IMG/VR virus record: IMGVR_UViG_3300031992_000018 | Span: 1-64,000 of that record | DNA: 64,000 nt | Strand: one strand, 5' to 3' | DNA from: a virus | Lineage: Duplodnaviria; Caudoviricetes | Shown here: in pieces, positions 39,425 to 50,134 of the stretch | Layout of the letters: each line of letters begins with the position of its first letter | Position numbering within the stretch: the first letter of the stretch is position 1 | The notes under the pieces: generated by a model | Databases searched by the model: none | What the model saw: only the letters and a program-made list of their open reading frames with translations | Told to the model about the DNA's origin: nothing | Position numbers and translations under genes: made by a program

Positions 39425-42400
39425 ATGAAGACACAATTAGGAAATACTACTAAATCTTTTGGTAAAGAATATAATATTTCTGTTTCTAATCTTGGAGGAG
39501 AAGGAGTATTATCAACATATTCATATCTTAGAGAAAATACTATTATAATTGATTCTAAGGTAGATTCTAATTTTGAAGATATTGGAAGTTATAGTATATT
39601 CATGACTGATTCTAATGGTAATCCTGTTAGATTAACATATACTATACAACCAGGTAATGGTCTTTATCCTGATCCAACTGATACAGATATTCTTAGAATG
39701 GTTATTGATGATTCATCTATCATGGCAAATGATGGTGATGAAATTTATGTTAATAAACATAATATCATTGATAATGATACATTAACTGTAGATCCTACAG
39801 ATGATGGTAATTCTAAAAGAGGTAGAATTCATGTAGTAACTCAAAATCTTGAAAAAGCAAGTGATGCAAGATATGGTGTAGTTACATCTGATCAGAATAC
39901 AACATATATTCCATATGAATATTATAAAAATATAAATTCTGACCCAGATGCTGAACCAGAATATCAGAAAATAGAATTAAATAATCCAGGAGATATTCCA
40001 CAAGATTATGATTTATTAGTAGAAAGTGGTAAGATAATGGTTAATACACAGAATCTTGATACTGTTGATGATAGTTCTAATCGTGATGGTATTGTAAAGC
40101 ATAATTCAGAAACATTTAGAACTATTGAGGCAGTAGATGGTAAATTAACTGTTCTTACATATAATCTTGATAAAGCATCATATACAGATTATGGTGTTAT
40201 TAAAACAGATGGTATTACAATTCAAGCTGATGATAGTGGTGTTGTAAGTGTTTTAACTGATGGTCTTGAACATAGTAATAAATCAAAATTTGGTATTTCT
40301 AAAGGTGATGAAGTAACAATTAATTCTTTAGATGGTGTATTAAGTGTAAATACTAGAAATTTAAGTTATGCTACATATACAGCGCCTGGTGTTGTTATTA
40401 TTGATAAATATTCAATGTCAGTAAATGAAGGTAAGATTGAAGTAAATAGATATAATGAAATAGAATCTATACTTGATAGAAATAATCCAGAACATGATTT
40501 ATTCCGTTCAGATATAGAAGATTTAAAAAACCGTGTTTCTAAACTTGAAACAGCTGCTCTTCAAGAAGTAATTGAATTCTTAATACCTGTTGGTGATCCT
40601 GAAACATCTCTTCCTCAACCTATATTTGATAGAGATACATGGACAGTAAATCATTATAGTGATAGAAAGACAATATCATTCAGTATTAAGACTAATTGTA
40701 AATTTAATGTAAATGTAGAATATAAAAATGGTACTAATGATTATTCACAAGTTGAATTAATAAATGTAAGATATGGTGATGAAGATACTATTCCTGCTAA
40801 CCAATTAGCTAATACAATATTTAATGCGACTGGTAATACAGTTAAGACTCTTTACTTTACATTTGTAGTAAGAAATTATGATAAAGACGATAATCTTGCA
40901 AGTATAAATACTCAGGCAATTATTTCTGCTGCTTCAATTAATGACTCTTCTATTAAACAAACACAATTCCATATCTTTAAGTGTTGGAATAATATTGCAT
41001 TTACAGAAGATAAACCAGTAAAACCAGAAATACCTGAACCAATAATTATTCCTGAATCATATTTACTTACACATGTTGGTACAGAAAAAATTTATGCATA
41101 TAATTATGCATATAATTTTAAAGAAGTTGTTTTATCATATAATAAAACAACATCAAATAATTTCTTCTTTACTACAACTATAGATGCTACATATTGTTAT
41201 TGTACATATACAGATGGACAATATGTATGGGGTTATAAAACAGATGTACCAACTTATCAATGTCCAAAAATTGGAGGAAATTCAAGTTATGATATTAATA
41301 TAAAATATCAAAATATTGATGAAGATGGTGGTGTTGTTGGTGGTCAAGTAGATTCTCTTGATTGGTTAAATACATATATTACTGCATCATATAATACTAC
41401 AAGAGCATTTAATGTATTAACAGTATTTTCTAAAAAACCTTTGACAGAAAAATCAAGAGCTGCTTATATAACATGTTATTTGAATACTGTTGATTTAAAT
41501 AATAGTACTGAATCAAATATTAAATTAAATACAAAATTTGGAGAAATAAAGAAATTTAATAATGCTACATTATCACATGTTAATTATACATATACATCAG
41601 AACAAGATCTATCACAAAAAAGTACTAATATTGAAAGTTTTAAGAATACAGTTTTAAATACTTTAAGTCAAAATATAACTGATGATTCATTATTATCATT
41701 AAAACGAACTAATATAAATAATGCTAAGAATAATGTTACTAATTTAAATACAAGTAATACTTCATATTCTTCTGTATTCTCAAAAATTATTGAAAATGAT
41801 ATTACTGAATTTAATAATGTAAAAGCAGAATTAGATAATTATTATACAAATAATTTAAATAGTAAGACACCAGAAACATATCAAAAAGAAAAATATATTG
41901 CATATTATACTTATGTTAAAAAATTAGATAAATATGCATATAAATTAGCTGATGAATATAATAAATTTGTAGATATTTTATCAAACGAAAAGAATAAATT
42001 TGATAATAAATTTATTATAAATAATAATGAAGTATTAATTAAAAATAATCCTAATAATTATAATAGTTATACTTATCTTACTTTATTCTATAGTGAAAAA
42101 ATGGATTTAGTACAACCAATTATTAATGTAACAAGTTCTATTAATGCTAAAGATAATGGTATTAAATTTAGTGTTATAAGAAATGAAAAATCATTACTTA
42201 AAATAAATAATTATCCATTATTAATACAATATAATTATATTAATAAATCTGGTAATTTAGTAAATTCAGATGGTACTAGTTTAAATCCTTCTAATAGATA
42301 TGAAAAATATTTATTAAATATTCCTAAAGAATCTACAACATATACTAATGTATTACTTAATAATGTAATAAATGGTACTAATACAGAAACAACAACTGAA

Positions 42401-43723
42401 ACTATTTATTATAATGTAATTAATATATATGGTGATAAATATGATTTAGCTTCATTTATTGGTATTGGTAGAAGTGATGGCGGAACAGTTTATTATGGTG
42501 GTTGGTGGCCAAATGTAGATGGTGAAGGAGGAACAAATGGTAAACTTATAGAAGATAATATTTATGCTGTATATAAATTAACTGGACAAGAAGCTAGTTT
42601 TGGTTTATTCTCACAGAAATATTCATTCTGGACAATAAATCTTAAAGGTAAATCATCTGGTTATTCACAAGATTTATGTCAAGCAAATGAAATTGAATTT
42701 GTTGGATTAAGTAAAACACCATATAGTAAATCAAGAAATGCTTCATATTATAATAAAGTAACTATTGGTAAAAATGTTTATATGGTTAATAGAACAACTA
42801 ATAATACTACTAGCTTAAAAACTATTTCAAAGAATTATTATGATAATAATAAAACATCATTAAAATATACAACAAATAATAAAACTATTAAAGTTTCTAA
42901 TAATATAACAGGTATAAAGATTAAAAATGCTGTTATACCAAATTGGGATGATGTATTCTATTTACAACCTAAGATTACATATACATCAACTGGTTCTTGG
43001 GAATCTAAAGATGGTGATAAATCATTTAATGATAATAAGAAATGTACATTTGGAAATGCTAAGATTGTATCTATAAATATATCAAGATGGGATGATTTCA
43101 CAATGAATATTTCATTTAATGTTGTTGCTGGAGATACAACTCATCTTCCAAATAATACACAGATTATAGAATATGTTGGATCATCATTTGGTAGAAGTAA
43201 TATAATATTCTTGCAAGGAAGTAAGAGTTATGAATATAGTCAATTCTATAATTCATTAAGTGTAAGTTGTACAAATTGGGTAAATAATACATGTACAGTA
43301 ACATTTAAGTTATCTAATCCATATAGTTTAAATAATACTCCAGGATTAGAGGTTAAAGAATATTTCTATAGTTTAACTTCAGATACATTAAAACCTGTTT
43401 ATGTTGACAGAGAAATACCATTTAGCGGAAAGAATAATAGAAATTATATTAAAGCTTCAGCTCCATTATTAGCAAATATAACAGGTATTAAATTCTGGGT
43501 TGGATTGAATACAACAAGTACATGTGTTGTTGAAAAACAATATATATCTTCATTATCATCAATTGGTACAGAAGTATTAATAAGTGGTAATTACAAGACA
43601 GGATGTGCTAAATCATTATCAATTGTAAATGCTAATACAACACAAAATACTAATATTTCTAATAAAAACTTTGGTAATAAAGAAAAGAATTTATCAAATA
43701 CATTATTACCTGCTGAAAAATAA
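39425..43723 (+). CDS. Long tail-fibre-like protein, paralog family member 3
   Basis: Same N-domain, NL.KAS...YGV repeats, coiled coil, long unique C-terminal region. Confidence 0.65.
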   Translation: MKTQLGNTTKSFGKEYNISVSNLGGEGVLSTYSYLRENTIIIDSKVDSNFEDIGSYSIFMTDSNGNPVRLTYTIQPGNGLYPDPTDTDILRMVIDDSSIMANDGDEIYVNKHNIIDNDTLTVDPTDDGNSKRGRIHVVTQNLEKASDARYGVVTSDQNTTYIPYEYYKNINSDPDAEPEYQKIELNNPGDIPQDYDLLVESGKIMVNTQNLDTVDDSSNRDGIVKHNSETFRTIEAVDGKLTVLTYNLDKASYTDYGVIKTDGITIQADDSGVVSVLTDGLEHSNKSKFGISKGDEVTINSLDGVLSVNTRNLSYATYTAPGVVIIDKYSMSVNEGKIEVNRYNEIESILDRNNPEHDLFRSDIEDLKNRVSKLETAALQEVIEFLIPVGDPETSLPQPIFDRDTWTVNHYSDRKTISFSIKTNCKFNVNVEYKNGTNDYSQVELINVRYGDEDTIPANQLANTIFNATGNTVKTLYFTFVVRNYDKDDNLASINTQAIISAASINDSSIKQTQFHIFKCWNNIAFTEDKPVKPEIPEPIIIPESYLLTHVGTEKIYAYNYAYNFKEVVLSYNKTTSNNFFFTTTIDATYCYCTYTDGQYVWGYKTDVPTYQCPKIGGNSSYDINIKYQNIDEDGGVVGGQVDSLDWLNTYITASYNTTRAFNVLTVFSKKPLTEKSRAAYITCYLNTVDLNNSTESNIKLNTKFGEIKKFNNATLSHVNYTYTSEQDLSQKSTNIESFKNTVLNTLSQNITDDSLLSLKRTNINNAKNNVTNLNTSNTSYSSVFSKIIENDITEFNNVKAELDNYYTNNLNSKTPETYQKEKYIAYYTYVKKLDKYAYKLADEYNKFVDILSNEKNKFDNKFIINNNEVLIKNNPNNYNSYTYLTLFYSEKMDLVQPIINVTSSINAKDNGIKFSVIRNEKSLLKINNYPLLIQYNYINKSGNLVNSDGTSLNPSNRYEKYLLNIPKESTTYTNVLLNNVINGTNTETTTETIYYNVINIYGDKYDLASFIGIGRSDGGTVYYGGWWPNVDGEGGTNGKLIEDNIYAVYKLTGQEASFGLFSQKYSFWTINLKGKSSGYSQDLCQANEIEFVGLSKTPYSKSRNASYYNKVTIGKNVYMVNRTTNNTTSLKTISKNYYDNNKTSLKYTTNNKTIKVSNNITGIKIKNAVIPNWDDVFYLQPKITYTSTGSWESKDGDKSFNDNKKCTFGNAKIVSINISRWDDFTMNISFNVVAGDTTHLPNNTQIIEYVGSSFGRSNIIFLQGSKSYEYSQFYNSLSVSCTNWVNNTCTVTFKLSNPYSLNNTPGLEVKEYFYSLTSDTLKPVYVDREIPFSGKNNRNYIKASAPLLANITGIKFWVGLNTTSTCVVEKQYISSLSSIGTEVLISGNYKTGCAKSLSIVNANTTQNTNISNKNFGNKEKNLSNTLLPAEK

Positions 43724-43735
43724 TTTATTTAATAA

Positions 43736-45193
43736 ATGTCTAAATTAGGTTATATTCAAAATTCCTATGGTAAGCAATTCAATATAGGTATTTCAAATAC
43801 ATATGCAACTAATATATTATCCGGAACTAATCTTCCAGGTAATATGTTAATTATATCTTCTCCTATAGATGAAGATAATAATGATATTGGATATTATTCA
43901 ATATTAGTAACTGATTCTTATGGAAATCCTATAAGATTGACATATACTATTTCTCAGAATAATGGATTACAATATTCTAAAGATAAAGACTCATTAATAT
44001 TGAATATTGATAATAATACTATTATTGAAAATAATCATCAATTAACAGCAAATATTTCATATCTTATTGATAATAATACGATTAAATATGAAAACAATAA
44101 AATTGATATAAATATTGATAATCTTAATAAAGCAAATGATTATAAAAGAGGATTATTTAAGATTGATGATAATACAATAAAATCAGATAATGGAAAATTA
44201 TATGTTGATACATCTAATTTAAAGTTTGTAAATGAAAATACTTCTTATGGAATTTGTTTAGGAGATAATAATACAATTATATCAAATCAAGGTATATTAT
44301 CAGTAAATACTAATAATTTAACAATTGCAAATGAAAATCAATTTGGTATTGTAAATGGATTAAGTGATAATATTAATGTAAATGATGGTGTTATAAGTGT
44401 TATTACTGATAATCTTGAAACATGTACAAAAGATAGAAGTGGTATTGTATCTATAGATAATTCAACAATTATTTTAGATGATAAAAAACAATTAACAATA
44501 AATACTGAAAATCTTAATAAAGTATCAGTAAATAATAGAGGAGTATTTAAATATGATGATAATGTTTTTGATATAATTGATGGTAAGTTAACTGTAAAAA
44601 ATGTTAAAAATATTAAAGAAAATTTAAATAAAATAAAAACAGATATTTCATTATTAAAAGAAAAAATATCTGAAATACATGATGATTTAAAAACATATAA
44701 AGTTGGTATTTTACAACCAATGATTTTAGATTTCCATTGCTGTGATATAACAACATTTGTTCTTGAAAAACCTAATTATTTAAATGAACAAATAAATGAT
44801 ATGGAATTCCAATATAAAAGTGTTGATTTTATAATATCTACTAATTGTCCATTTATTATCAGTGTTAAATTTGAAAACAATATTGATCCACAAGTATCTC
44901 TTTATGAAATTAATTATGATAATAAGCATGTTTATTATGGAACTAATGGATTAATTCAGATATATCAGACAACACAAGAGAAAAAAATACCAATTAAATT
45001 TACTTTTATAGCAAAGAATTATTATAAAAATAATCAGAAAGAATCTACAAATGAAGTTAAAGTTAAGATTACAGTATCTTATTTAAATGATTCAACAATT
45101 AATAAATCAATATTATATTCTATTGTAAGATTTAATTCTGGTTATAATACTGAAATTGTTTATGATGAAAGCAATGTAGATAAATTAATATAA
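43736..45193 (+). CDS. Tail-fibre-like protein, paralog family member 4
   Basis: Same N-domain and repeats; C-domain similar to member 1 (F.I.T.C.F...YSI.R.NS). Confidence 0.65.
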   Translation: MSKLGYIQNSYGKQFNIGISNTYATNILSGTNLPGNMLIISSPIDEDNNDIGYYSILVTDSYGNPIRLTYTISQNNGLQYSKDKDSLILNIDNNTIIENNHQLTANISYLIDNNTIKYENNKIDINIDNLNKANDYKRGLFKIDDNTIKSDNGKLYVDTSNLKFVNENTSYGICLGDNNTIISNQGILSVNTNNLTIANENQFGIVNGLSDNINVNDGVISVITDNLETCTKDRSGIVSIDNSTIILDDKKQLTINTENLNKVSVNNRGVFKYDDNVFDIIDGKLTVKNVKNIKENLNKIKTDISLLKEKISEIHDDLKTYKVGILQPMILDFHCCDITTFVLEKPNYLNEQINDMEFQYKSVDFIISTNCPFIISVKFENNIDPQVSLYEINYDNKHVYYGTNGLIQIYQTTQEKKIPIKFTFIAKNYYKNNQKESTNEVKVKITVSYLNDSTINKSILYSIVRFNSGYNTEIVYDESNVDKLI

Positions 45194-45223
45194 AAAAATC
45201 ACCGATTAATATCGGTGATTTTT
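45194..45223. terminator. Bidirectional terminator between converging structural operons
   Basis: AAAATCACCGAT-TAAT-ATCGGTGATTTT. Confidence 0.8.
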
Positions 45224-45226
45224 ATT

Positions 45227-47440
45227 TTAGAAACCAAGACCAGCTAAACTTCGTTTAAATGTTCCTTCAAGTAATTTTCCAACCCATGTATGACTTTTTA
45301 TATCTGCACCTTCTGTGGCATAAATATTATTTGAATTCATCATTGCATTAGCATGCCAATCAAGAGTGAAAGAGTTAGATTTAGCTAATGAATAATCTAA
45401 TTGTTTAGTTTCTATATTATTCTCTTTAAATTGATTTGGTATAGGTTTATTTTTTGGAGATGCAGATCTTGCAGATGTTGCAGATCCTATATTATTCTTT
45501 TTTGTAAATAAACTTACATGTGCTAAATCTTCATCAATTTCTTTATATTCAATATTAGTTTCATTAAATTCATTTAAATCAGACATATCTCTTGGTATTT
45601 CAAATTTCCATGGCATATCTTTATCATAAGTAGTTATATTACTTTCTTTAAATTGATTTTCAAATGCTAAAGATAATGGTATATCACTTAATGTAGTATT
45701 TAATGAACCATTTTTTATTCTATTTAATTTTTCTTCAAAATAATCAGTCAATGGTCCAAAATTATAATCATATAAATTACCATTGATACTTCCGTTTGAT
45801 ATTCTTTCTAATTTTTTACTAAAGTATTTAGATTCTGGTCCAAAATTATAATCATATAAATTACCATTAATAGTACCTTTAGATAATCTTCTTAATTTTT
45901 CTTCAAGATAAGCAGTATTTACTTTTTTACCTCTTTTAATAAATGTAGCATAATTATAAGCATACATATTACCTTTAATAGTACCTAATTTTATTTCCAA
46001 TAATTTATAATTTAAATAATCAGTATTTTGTCTATGTTTTAGATTATATCCTGTTCTCATATAGTCATAATCATAAAGATTACCACCAATTGTACCTTCA
46101 GATAATCTTCTTAATTTTTCTTCAAAATATTTAGTATTTATTCTATCTTTACCTCTACCAGTTCTTATAAAATCATAATGATAAATATTACCTTTTTTAA
46201 TTGTTCCTAATTTACTATATTTTAATTTTTCTTGGTAATATTTAGATTTTATCTTTGTATGGTTTTCATAAAGATTTTGATTAGAATTACCTCTTCTATC
46301 ATGTGCTTCAATATAGTATGATTCATATGAGTCATTTATATTTGCTGCTATAGATTCAAATCTACCATTATCATCAAATGTATATAAACCATCTTGTCCT
46401 ACTATAATATGTTCATATTCATTTAATCTTGTTTCAAATACTTTATCATATTTTATTCTTATTTGATTATTACCAAGATTAAATAAATTTTCATTAGATG
46501 GTGAATCATTAAATTCGTTTAAACTATTTACATCAAATTCACAGTTTTGGAAAGTAAATAATTTGAATGACATTATATCACTTGGATCAACATCAATATA
46601 ATTTGTAGATTTATCATTATATTCTTTATTTTCATTAGAAGTAAATTCTTGCTGATACTTTTTAAAAGGAACATGACAGAATAATATTTGCATTTCAAAT
46701 TTTCTAAGATTAGCAGGTATTATTTCTTTATTTCTTATATTATCATAACAAGAATATTTATATAAATCAAATAATGTTCCTAATCTCATATCTATAGATT
46801 CTTCTGAACATTGTATTTCGATTGTATTATCACTAAAATCTTCTGCATTGACATATGATCCTTTAATATTATTTAAACCATTTATTGATTTAAAAAACCA
46901 AGGATTATTAATAGATATATTAGATAGTGTATTTACAAATTTAAATAAAGAATTTTTTCTATTGCTTATTAATTGAGATTTATATAATCCCATATTTTCA
47001 CATAAACTTAAATAAGCATAAGCAGTATTTGTTGATTTATTATGATTTAATATTCCACCTAATAAACCATAGTTAGTATCAAAATTAAAAAATATTTTAA
47101 AATAAAAATGTCCTTTAGTTACAAATGGATTTAATTGTTTCTTCCATTTATCTATATCTTTAAAATAATCTGCGACAGAATAATTAGGAAAAAGATGTAA
47201 TAAATTTACATCTTCATTATCTTTTGAAAGATTATTTGATGGATTATTTAAAATTTCATTATATGTTTTAGCAGATAAATCAGCATTCAACATTAAATGT
47301 TCAACAATTAAATGCTCATCTTTATTTTTATTATTTATAATATTTTTTAATCCTTTTGCTCCATTTACTGATAAATATATTGATTTTTCTATTAAATTAT
47401 TATCTAGTAATGCTGGATCTATTCCTCTTTCACCTGCCAT
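45227..47440 (-). CDS. Putative tail tube-initiator/baseplate protein with internal repeats
   Basis: Located beside hub- and gp53-like genes; ESIDMR..IIP.NLRKF; about six YxxxKL..G.I.GN.Y.Y repeats. Confidence 0.5.
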   Translation of the reverse strand: MAGERGIDPALLDNNLIEKSIYLSVNGAKGLKNIINNKNKDEHLIVEHLMLNADLSAKTYNEILNNPSNNLSKDNEDVNLLHLFPNYSVADYFKDIDKWKKQLNPFVTKGHFYFKIFFNFDTNYGLLGGILNHNKSTNTAYAYLSLCENMGLYKSQLISNRKNSLFKFVNTLSNISINNPWFFKSINGLNNIKGSYVNAEDFSDNTIEIQCSEESIDMRLGTLFDLYKYSCYDNIRNKEIIPANLRKFEMQILFCHVPFKKYQQEFTSNENKEYNDKSTNYIDVDPSDIMSFKLFTFQNCEFDVNSLNEFNDSPSNENLFNLGNNQIRIKYDKVFETRLNEYEHIIVGQDGLYTFDDNGRFESIAANINDSYESYYIEAHDRRGNSNQNLYENHTKIKSKYYQEKLKYSKLGTIKKGNIYHYDFIRTGRGKDRINTKYFEEKLRRLSEGTIGGNLYDYDYMRTGYNLKHRQNTDYLNYKLLEIKLGTIKGNMYAYNYATFIKRGKKVNTAYLEEKLRRLSKGTINGNLYDYNFGPESKYFSKKLERISNGSINGNLYDYNFGPLTDYFEEKLNRIKNGSLNTTLSDIPLSLAFENQFKESNITTYDKDMPWKFEIPRDMSDLNEFNETNIEYKEIDEDLAHVSLFTKKNNIGSATSARSASPKNKPIPNQFKENNIETKQLDYSLAKSNSFTLDWHANAMMNSNNIYATEGADIKSHTWVGKLLEGTFKRSLAGLGF

Positions 47441-47442
47441 AA

Positions 47443-47982
47443 TTATTCTCCATAAATTTTATTTTGTAATTTATATGAAAATGTATCTTTTAATAACATT
47501 TCATCACTGATTTTTGTATCACTATTAATATATTCTAAAGTTTTATAAATTTCTAAACCAGTATTTTTATTTCTTAATTTTACTTTATCTTTAACATAAT
47601 CTATATAAACAACTTCAAAACCTTCTGGAACATTATATTCAGTTAAAAATTCTGGATTTATATTTTTAAATTTTTTAATATATTCATAATTATTCCAATA
47701 TTTTGATAAATCAATAGTTTCTGTTTCAAATGGATATTTTAAATTTCTAATAAATACTCTTGATGGTTTCCAATATTCAGTATTTTTTATTTCAGTAAAA
47801 TCATGACTATGTATATATTCTTCATTATCATTATTTTCTGATTTAAGATATTCATTTAATGCTTCACTATATAATTGTTTATGTACATCATTATATTTAT
47901 CTGAAACATAATCAGTAAATTTTGTTTTTGAAGAATTATATTCTGCATTATTATATTTATTAATACTGTTAAAAATTGTCAT
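47443..47982 (-). CDS. Hypothetical protein
   Basis: Coupled ORF in the baseplate operon. Confidence 0.65.
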   Translation of the reverse strand: MTIFNSINKYNNAEYNSSKTKFTDYVSDKYNDVHKQLYSEALNEYLKSENNDNEEYIHSHDFTEIKNTEYWKPSRVFIRNLKYPFETETIDLSKYWNNYEYIKKFKNINPEFLTEYNVPEGFEVVYIDYVKDKVKLRNKNTGLEIYKTLEYINSDTKISDEMLLKDTFSYKLQNKIYGE

Positions 47983-47983
47983 A

Positions 47984-49552
47984 TTATTCGTTAATAGCTA
48001 AATTTACTTCTGTATATTTATTTAATATATTATTAGTAATTCCTCGTTTAATTAAATATAAAACTTGTTCAAATTTTTGATTACCAGCATTATATATTAA
48101 TTCTATACCATTTATATAATATAATCCACTTAAACTTGGATTTGTTACTCCATTATATTCATCTGATATTAACTCTTTTTCTTTTGCATTTTTTGCAACT
48201 ATCTCTGTTTTTTCATCTTTTTTAAATGATAAAGCATTATTACCATTATTTAATATTGTTTGCTTATTAGTTTCATTATATTCATCAATGATAACTTCTA
48301 AAAGCATTCCTCTTTGAAGACTATAGTTAGCATTAGTTAATTTAACTTTTAAAATTTTACTAGTTAATTTATTAATATAATTATTTTTTAATTTTTCTAG
48401 ATATAATTCACATGGACCATCTTCATTTTGATTTGTACCTAAAAATTCAATATTTTCATATTGATATTCTTCAATACCATGTAAACCATCAATAGAATTT
48501 TCAAATATCTGTACTTGTTCTTGTTTTATTAAATTTTGTTCACATGATGAATCAAGATAATAATATCTAGTTAATGTTCCATTATTTAATATATTTTCAT
48601 TATTTACTTGGCTGAAATATTCAGTAATCTGTAAATTATGAGTTGATGGAGTATTCTTTATGTTTGTAATTATTCTATATACTTCTGAAACATTTTGACC
48701 AGGTATTTTTGTCTTTGGTAAATCAGTAATAACATCACCAGTTATAACTTTAGTTGTCAACTGTTTTACTTCAACTGGAGTATTCATTATATATGGAATA
48801 TTTACCATTACAAGATATCCAAATTCATCAATCCAACAATCAAATATACTATCTTCATCTAAACCAGCATGTGATATTTCTTGAAGAATATAGTCTTTAT
48901 ATGTTTCTGAATATATCTGTCTCCATTTTTTATCAGATATTTCTTTACATTTATCAGATGCTGCAAAACCAAGTTTACAATCTTTAGCAATAGCTTCTAA
49001 CATTTCATATGTTGATAATTGAGTATCACCAATTTGTGTACATTTTTTCTGTTTTAATCCATTACATTTATATTCACCATAATAAGTAATTGTATCATCT
49101 TCATTAAATTCACAATTTGTGATATAAAAATCCATTGATATTTTCTTATTAGCACCATCAACTGGAGCTGTCATGATAATTGTTATTACATTATTCATTC
49201 CAGGAACATCAGTTGCTTGAATGTTTTTTTGTGGATCATCAATATTAATAACAATAGTAGGTAAAAAATCTTGTATATAAATACTTAATGAATATACCTT
49301 ATCAGGCATTATTATTTTATTATTTATCTTAAGAATTGGAACTAATACACCATTTACTTTTAATGTACTTGTTGTATCTTTATTTTCTCCATATTCTGAT
49401 TCTTCATCATAATTATATGGCATTACAATAGAACTAAACTTAAATTCTGGGTCAAATACAACAATAGGATCTAATGGATTTTTTGGTTCAATAAATTCTA
49501 TTGAATCATTAGAAGAATTACTATTTGGATTTATATTTGTATTTTCTGCCAT
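47984..49552 (-). CDS. Putative baseplate hub protein (gp27/gpD-like)
   Basis: IAKDCKLGF, WID.FGYL, LSGLYYI.GI pattern; adjacent to the gp53-like gene. Confidence 0.55.
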   Translation of the reverse strand: MAENTNINPNSNSSNDSIEFIEPKNPLDPIVVFDPEFKFSSIVMPYNYDEESEYGENKDTTSTLKVNGVLVPILKINNKIIMPDKVYSLSIYIQDFLPTIVINIDDPQKNIQATDVPGMNNVITIIMTAPVDGANKKISMDFYITNCEFNEDDTITYYGEYKCNGLKQKKCTQIGDTQLSTYEMLEAIAKDCKLGFAASDKCKEISDKKWRQIYSETYKDYILQEISHAGLDEDSIFDCWIDEFGYLVMVNIPYIMNTPVEVKQLTTKVITGDVITDLPKTKIPGQNVSEVYRIITNIKNTPSTHNLQITEYFSQVNNENILNNGTLTRYYYLDSSCEQNLIKQEQVQIFENSIDGLHGIEEYQYENIEFLGTNQNEDGPCELYLEKLKNNYINKLTSKILKVKLTNANYSLQRGMLLEVIIDEYNETNKQTILNNGNNALSFKKDEKTEIVAKNAKEKELISDEYNGVTNPSLSGLYYINGIELIYNAGNQKFEQVLYLIKRGITNNILNKYTEVNLAINE

Positions 49553-49553
49553 T

Positions 49554-50048
49554 TTAATATATTACAAGTCCTAAATTTTTATCTATATAATAATTTTTAT
49601 CTTCTATAGTTTGATCTCCTGGAGAACGTCTTTCATTCTTTAATTTTTGTAAATTCTTTCTTGTCTTTGATATTGTTTCTTCTACTTTATTCTTTTTTGT
49701 TTTTGATTTATATTCATCTAATAAATCATTTTCAAATGAAGAACCAGTTAATGCTTTATTTATAGAATCAATATCTGGAACATATATAATCATTCCTTTA
49801 TTTAATTCAAATGGATTAGATATACCATTTATTTTACAAATAACATCTGCATATTTATCATCACCATAAACTGCTAATGATATTAAATCTGGTCGAGCAA
49901 TATAGTTTTCATCAACAAATATAGCTCTTGTATTATTTAAATTAATATTATTAAATGTATTAACTGTTAAATCTAAAAACTTTGTAGGTTTATTATCTTT
50001 ATATATAGTTAATACTGGTTTTTGTTCTAATATAGGATAATCTAACAT
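49554..50048 (-). CDS. Baseplate wedge protein (T4 gp53-like, LysM-like)
   Basis: ARPDLISLAVYG...ADVICKINGISNPF.L..G..IYVP. Confidence 0.8.
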   Translation of the reverse strand: MLDYPILEQKPVLTIYKDNKPTKFLDLTVNTFNNINLNNTRAIFVDENYIARPDLISLAVYGDDKYADVICKINGISNPFELNKGMIIYVPDIDSINKALTGSSFENDLLDEYKSKTKKNKVEETISKTRKNLQKLKNERRSPGDQTIEDKNYYIDKNLGLVIY

Positions 50049-50134
50049 TATCAAATAAATATCTTTATATATAAAAATAAAAATGATTGACAAATATTAT
50101 GTCAATCATTTAAATATTTTAGTATTTTTAGATG

